Below are positions 57,601 to 64,000 of a stretch of 64,000 nt of DNA, in pieces. The stretch's first letter is position 1, and each line of letters opens with the position of its first letter. The DNA lies in NCBI GenBank assembly GCA_964057225.1, contig OZ059894.1, positions 20,212,001-20,276,000 of the forward strand, read 5' to 3'. Origin of the DNA: Auanema rhodensis. Its lineage: Eukaryota > Animalia > Nematoda. A program made the translations under genes and the position numbers. The notes under the pieces are model-generated. The model saw only the letters and a program-made list of their open reading frames with translations. It did not search any database and had not been told where the DNA came from.

Positions 57601-60600
57601 TGTTGAGTTTCCATGTACACTCAACATTGCTTCCAAAAACATTTTGACAAAAATATTTTCGAAAAATTTCAAAATAATTTAGCAAAAAGTAGATGTTTTT
57701 AGATTTTTTTTTCAAGGCAAAGACGATGGACAATGTTATTCAACGAAAAAATTAATTCTTCAGGGTGAAAATCGAGGATATAAGTGTGAACTTATATCAG
57801 TTGATATCTCGGTGCATTTTCAAGCTAGCGCAAATCTGATAACACAGATCGACGCAGCTTAAAAATCCGCATCGAATGCACTATACTACATTGAGAAACG
57901 CTTAATACAAAAGTTAGTTATGATCGTTTGAAAAATGATGCATTAGTGTATGTTGAGTTTCCATGTACACTCAACATTGCTTCCAAAAACATTTTGACAA
58001 AAATTTTTTCGAAAAATTTCAGAATAATTTAGCAAAAAGTAGATGTTTTTAGATTCCGTTTTTCAAGGCAAAGACGATGGACAATGTTATTCAACGAAAA
58101 AATTAATTCTTCAGGGTGAAAATCGAGGATATAAGTGTGAACTTATATCAGTTGATATCTCGGTGCATTTTTAAGCTAGCGCAAATCTGATAACACAGAT
58201 CGACGCAGCTTAAAAATCCGCATCGAATGCACTATACTACATTGAGAAACGCTTAATACAAAAATTAGTTATGATCGTTTGAAAAATGATGCATTAGTGT
58301 ATGTTGAGTTTCCATGTACACTCAACATTGCTTCCAAAAACATTTTGACAAAAATTTTTTCGAAAAATTTCAAAATAATTTAGCAAAAAGTAGATGTTTT
58401 TAGATTCCTTTTTTCAAGGCAAAGACGATGGACAAATGTTATTCAACGAAAAAATTAATTCTTCAGGGTGAAAGTCGAGGATATAAGTGTGAACTTATAT
58501 CAGTTGATATCTCGGTGCATTTTTAAGCTAGCGCAAATCTGATAACACAGATCGACGCAGCTTAAAAATCCGCATCGAATGCACTATACTACATTGAGAA
58601 ACGCTCAATACAAAAATTAGTTATGATCGTTCGAAAAATGATGCATTAGTGTATGTTGAGTTTCCATGTACACTCAACATTGCTTCCAAAAACATTTTGA
58701 CAAAAATTTTTTTCAAAAAATTTCAAAATAAATTAGCAAAAAGTAGATGTTTTTAGATTCCTTTTTTCAAGGCAAAGACGATGGACAATGTTATTCAACA
58801 AAAAAATTAATTCTTCAGGGTGAAAATCGAGGATATAAGTGTGAACTTATATCAGTTGATATCTCGGTGCATTTTTAAGCTAGCGCAAATCTGATAACAC
58901 AGATCGACGCAGCTTAAAAATCCGCATCGAATGCACTATACTACATTGAAAAACGCTTAATACAAAAATTAGTTATGATCGTTTGAAAAATGATGCATTA
59001 AATGTTGAGTTTCCATGTACACTCAACATTGCTTCCAAAAACATTTTGACAAAAATTTTTTCGAAAAATTTCAAAATAAATTAGCAAAAAGTAGATGTTT
59101 TTAGATTTCTTTTTTCAAGGCAAAGACGATGGACAATGTTATTCAACGAAAAAATTAATTCTTCAGGGTGAAAATCGAGGATATAAGTGTGAACTTATAT
59201 CAGTTGATATCTCGGTGCATTTTTAAGCTAGCGCAAATCTGATAACACAGATCGACGCAGCTTAAAAATCCGCATCGAATGCACTATACTACATTGAGAA
59301 ACGCTCAATACAAAAATTAGTTATGATCGTTTGAAAAATGATGCATTAGTGTATGTTGAGTTTCCATGTACACTCAACATTGCTTCCAAAAACATTTTGA
59401 CAAAAATTTTTTCAAAAAATTTCAAAATAAATTAGCAAAAAGTAGATGTTTTTAGATTCCTTTTTTCAAGGCAAAGACGATGGACAATGTTATTCAACGA
59501 AAAAATTAATTCTTCAGGGTGAAAATCGAGGATATAAGTGTGAACTTATATCAGTTGATATCTCGGTGCATTTTTAAGCTAGCGCAAATCTGATAACACA
59601 GATCGACGCAGCTTAAAAATCCGCATCGAATGCACTATACTACATTGAGAAACGCTCAATACAAAAATTAGTTATGATCGTTTGAAAAATGATGCATTAG
59701 TGTATGTTGAGTTTCCATGTACACTCAACATTGCTTCCAAAAACATTTTGACAAAAATTTTTTCAAAAAATTTCAAAATAAATTAGCAAAAAGTAGATGT
59801 TTTTAGATTCCTTTTTTCAAGGCAAAGACGATGGACAATGTTATTCAACGAAAAAATTAATTCTTCAGGGTGAAAATCGAGGATATAAGTGTGAACTTAT
59901 ATCAGTTGATATCTCGGTGCATTTTTAGGCTAGCGCAAATCTGATAACACAGATCGACGCAGCTTAAAAATCCGCATCGAATGCACTATACTACATTGAG
60001 AAACGCTTAATACAAAAATTAGTTATGATCGTTTGAAAAATGATGCATTAGTGTATGTTGAGTTTCCATGTACACTCAACATTGCTTCCAAAAACATTTT
60101 GACAAAAATTTTTTCAAAAAATTTCAAAATAAATTAGCAAAAAGTAGATGTTTTTAGATTTCTTTTTTCAAGGCAAAGACGATGGACAATGTTATTCAAC
60201 AAAAAAATTAATTCTTCAGGGTGAAAATCGAGGATATAAGTGTGAACTTATATCAGTTGATATCTCGGTGCATTTTTAGGCTAGCGCAAATCTGATAACA
60301 CAGATCGACGCAGCTTAAAAATCCGCATCGAATGCACTATACTACATTGAGAAACGCTTAATACAAAAATTAGTTATGATCGTTTGAAAAATGATGCATT
60401 AGTGTATGTTGAGTTTCCATGTACACTCAACATTGCTTCCAAAAACATTTTGACAAAAATTTTTTCGAAAAATTTCAAAATAAATTAGCAAAAAGTAGAT
60501 GTTTTTAGATTTCTTTTTTCAAGGCAAAGACGATGGACAATGTTATTCAACGAAAAAATTAATTCTTCAGGGTGAAAATCGAGGATATAAGTGTGAACTT

Positions 60601-60766
60601 ATATCAGTTGATATCTCGGTGCATTTTTAAGCTAGCGCAAATCTGATAACACAGATCGACGCAGCTTAAAAATCCGCATCGAATGCACTATACTACATTG
60701 AGAAACGCTTAATACAAAAATTAGTTATGATCGTTTGAAAAATGATGCATTAGTGTATGTTGAGTT

Positions 60767-63700
60767 GCCATGTACACTCAACATTGCTTCCAAAAACATT
60801 TTGACAAAAATTTTTTCAAAAAATTTCAAAATAAATTAGCAAAAAGTAGATGTTTTTAGATTCCTTTTTTCAAGGCAAAGACGATGGACAATGTTATTCA
60901 ACGAAAAAATTAATTCTTCAGGGTGAAAATCGAGGATATAAGTGTGAACTTATATCAGTTGATATCTCGGTGCATTTTTAAGCTAGCGCAAATCTGATAA
61001 CACAGATCGACGCAGCTTAAAAATCCGCATCGAATGCACTATACTACATTGAGAAACGCTCAATACAAAAATTAGTTATGATCGTTTGAAAAATGATGCA
61101 TTAGTGTATGTTGAGTTTCCATGTACACTCAACATTGCTTCCAAAAACATTTTGACAAAAATTTTTTCAAAAAATTTCAAAATAAATTAGCAAAAAGTAG
61201 ATGTTTTTAGATTCCTTTTTTCAAGGCAAAGACGATGGACAATGTTATTCAACGAAAAAATTAATTCTTCAGGGTGAAAATCGAGGATATAAGTGTGAAC
61301 TTATATCAGTTGATATCTCGGTGCATTTTTAAGCTAGCGCAAATCTGATAACACAGATCGACGCAGCTTAAAAATCCGCATCGAATGCACTATACTACAT
61401 TGAGAAACGCTTAATACAAAAATTAGTTATGATCGTTTGAAAAATGATGCATTAGTGTATGTTGAGTTTCCATGTACACTCAACATTGCTTCCAAAAACA
61501 TTTTGACAAAAATTTTTTCAAAAAATTTCAAAATAAATTAGCAAAAAGTAGATGTTTTTAGATTCCTTTTTTCAAGGCAAAGACGATGGACAATGTTATT
61601 CAACGAAAAAATTAATTCTTCAGGGTGAAAATCGAGGATATAAGTGTGAACTTATATCAGTTGATATCTCGGTGCATTTTTAGGCTAGCGCAAATCTGAT
61701 AACACAGATCGACGCAGCTTAAAAATCCGCATCGAATGCACTATACTACATTGAGAAACGCTTAATACAAAAATTAGTTATGATCGTTTGAAAAATGATG
61801 CATTAGTGTATGTTGAGTTTCCATGTACACTCAACATTGCTTCCAAAAACATTTTGACAAAAATTTTTTCAAAAAATTTCAAAATAAATTAGCAAAAAGT
61901 AGATGTTTTTAGATTTCTTTTTTCAAGGCAAAGACGATGGACAATGTTATTCAACAAAAAAATTAATTCTTCAGGGTGAAAATCGAGGATATAAGTGTGA
62001 ACTTATATCAGTTGATATCTCGGTGCATTTTTAAGCTAGCGCAAATCTGATAACACAGATCGACGCAGCTTAAAAATCCGCATCGAATGCACTATACTAC
62101 ATTGAGAAACGCTCAATACAAAAATTAGTTATGATCGTTCGGAAAATGATGCATTAGTGTATGTTGAGTTTCCATGTACACTCAACATTGCTTCCAAAAA
62201 CATTTTGACAAAAATTTTTTCAAAAAATTTCAAAATAAATTAGCAAAAAGTAGATGTTTTTAGATTTCTTTTTTCGAGGCAAAGACGATGGACAATGTTA
62301 TTCAACAAAAAAATTAATTCTTCAGGGTGAAAATCGAGGATATAAGTATGAACTTATATCAGTTGATATCTCGGTGCATTTTTAAGCTAGCGCAAATCTG
62401 ATAACACAGATCGACGCAGCTTAAAAATCCGCATCGAATGCACTATACTACATTGAGAAACGCTTAATACAAAAATTAGTTATGATCGTTTGAAAAATGA
62501 TGCATTAGTTTATGTTGAGTTTCCATGTACACTCAACATTGCTTCCAAAAACATTTTGACAAAAATTTTTTCGAAAAATTTCAAAATAAATTAGCTAAAA
62601 GTAGATGTTTTTAGATTCCTTTTTTCGAGGCAAAGAGGATGGACAATGTTATTCAACGAAAAAATTAATTCTTCAGGGTGAAAATCGAGGATATAAGTGT
62701 GAACTTATATCAGTTGATATCTCGGTGCATTTTTAAGCTAGCGCAAATCTGATAACACAGATCGACGCAGCTTAAAAATCCGCATCGAATGCACTATACT
62801 ACATTGAGAAACGCTTAATACAAAAATTAGTTATGATCGTTTGAAAAATGATGCATTAGTGTATGTTGAGTTGCCATGTACACTCAACATTGCTTCCAAA
62901 AACATTTTGACAAAAATTTTTTCAAAAAATTTCAAAATAAATTAGCAAAAAGTAGATGTTTTTAGATTCCTTTTTTCAAGGCAAAGACGATGGACAATGT
63001 TATTCAACGAAAAAATTAATTCTTCAGGGTGAAAATCGAGGATATAAGTGTGAACTTATATCAGTTGATATCTCGGTGCATTTTTAAGCTAGCGCAAATC
63101 TGATAACACAGATCGACGCAGCTTAAAAATCCGCATCGAATGCACTATACTACATTGAGAAACGCTCAATACAAAAATTAGTTATGATCGTTTGAAAAAT
63201 GATGCATTAGTGTATGTTGAGTTTCCATGTACACTCAACATTGCTTCCAAAAACATTTTGACAAAAATTTTTTCAAAAAATTTCAAAATAAATTAGCAAA
63301 AAGTAGATGTTTTTAGATTCCTTTTTTCAAGGCAAAGACGATGGACAATGTTATTCAACGAAAAAATTAATTCTTCAGGGTGAAAATCGAGGATATAAGT
63401 GTGAACTTATATCAGTTGATATCTCGGTGCATTTTTAAGCTAGCGCAAATCTGATAACACAGATCGACGCAGCTTAAAAATCCGCATCGAATGCACTATA
63501 CTACATTGAGAAACGCTTAATACAAAAATTAGTTATGATCGTTTGAAAAATGATGCATTAGTGTATGTTGAGTTTCCATGTACACTCAACATTGCTTCCA
63601 AAAACATTTTGACAAAAATTTTTTCAAAAAATTTCAAAATAAATTAGCAAAAAGTAGATGTTTTTAGATTCCTTTTTTCAAGGCAAAGACGATGGACAAT

Positions 63701-64000
63701 GTTATTCAACGAAAAAATTAATTCTTCAGGGTGAAAATCGAGGATATAAGTGTGAACTTATATCAGTTGATATCTCGGTGCATTTTTAGGCTAGCGCAAA
63801 TCTGATAACACAGATCGACGCAGCTTAAAAATCCGCATCGAATGCACTATACTACATTGAGAAACGCTTAATACAAAAATTAGTTATGATCGTTTGAAAA
63901 ATGATGCATTAGTGTATGTTGAGTTTCCATGTACACTCAACATTGCTTCCAAAAACATTTTGACAAAAATTTTTTCAAAAAATTTCAAAATAAATTAGCA
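60767..64000 (+). repeat. Probable 6-monomer (2106 bp) periodicity, running off the window end
   Basis: GTTGCC is at 60767 and 62873. The monomers at 60803, 61154 and 61505 match those at 62909, 63260 and 63611, including TTTAGGCTAG in the third. Confidence 0.7.

Larger units (their letters stand above)
1..64000. repeat. Tandem satellite DNA array, 351-bp AT-rich monomer, about 183 head-to-tail copies, running off both window edges
   Basis: The anchor GACAAAAATTTTTTCGAAAAATTTC recurs at 1, 352, 703, 1054 and onward to 63962. The period is 351 bp apart from small indels (348, 350 and 352 bp units) and one 130-bp unit. No non-satellite sequence or reverse-orientation monomer was seen. Confidence 0.99.

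Noticed and set aside
1-64000. Tandem-repeat protein CDS, since 351 bp equals 117 codons and the common indel is 3 bp
   Set aside because: All six frames contain stops in each monomer: on +, TAG 55-57, TAG 35-37 and TAA 30-32; on -, stops opposite TTA 34-36, TCA 24-26 and TCA 68-70. There are also 1-bp indel monomers.
1-64000. CRISPR array or integron cassette array, suggested by palindromic repeats at a fixed period
   Set aside because: There are no unique spacers or cassettes: the entire 351 bp is repeated, and there are no cas or integrase genes.
1-64000. Assignment to a named ~350-bp satellite or complex telomeric repeat family (for example beetle, Drosophila 359-bp or chironomid repeats)
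   Set aside because: Only the length and AT-richness are similar and I do not recognise the sequence. A BLAST or Dfam search is needed.
1-64000. Whole array as an assembly or synthetic artefact
   Set aside because: Position-structured haplotypes, nested HORs, singleton variants and a unique deletion junction are what a real long-read-resolved satellite looks like. Only the 5.6-kb duplication remains individually suspect.

Overview
The whole 64 kb window is one head-to-tail tandem satellite array. It has about 183 copies of a 351-bp monomer (about 31% GC by hand count of one monomer), all in the same orientation, with copies usually differing at only a few sites. I found no genes, RNA genes, CRISPR spacers, transposon insertions or inversions, and every monomer has stop codons in all six frames. 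It looks like eukaryotic heterochromatic, possibly (peri)centromeric, satellite DNA; I cannot assign the species or a named family. Structure exists at three scales. (1) The monomer is almost completely tiled by inverted repeats, including a 67-nt pre-miRNA-like hairpin and a 9-bp stem with a GTGA (GNRA-type) loop. (2) Diagnostic variants define higher-order repeats (HORs): a recurring 7-mer, a tandemly duplicated 16-mer of 5613 bp, a 12-mer repeated 15,781 bp apart, and local 2-, 3- and 6-mers. (3) The array is layered: a central HOR domain is flanked by domains that share variants, and near the right-hand transition there is one 130-bp truncated monomer with a templated-insertion junction. 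All of this was read by eye, so variant lists may be incomplete. I found no evidence of a protein-coding system.
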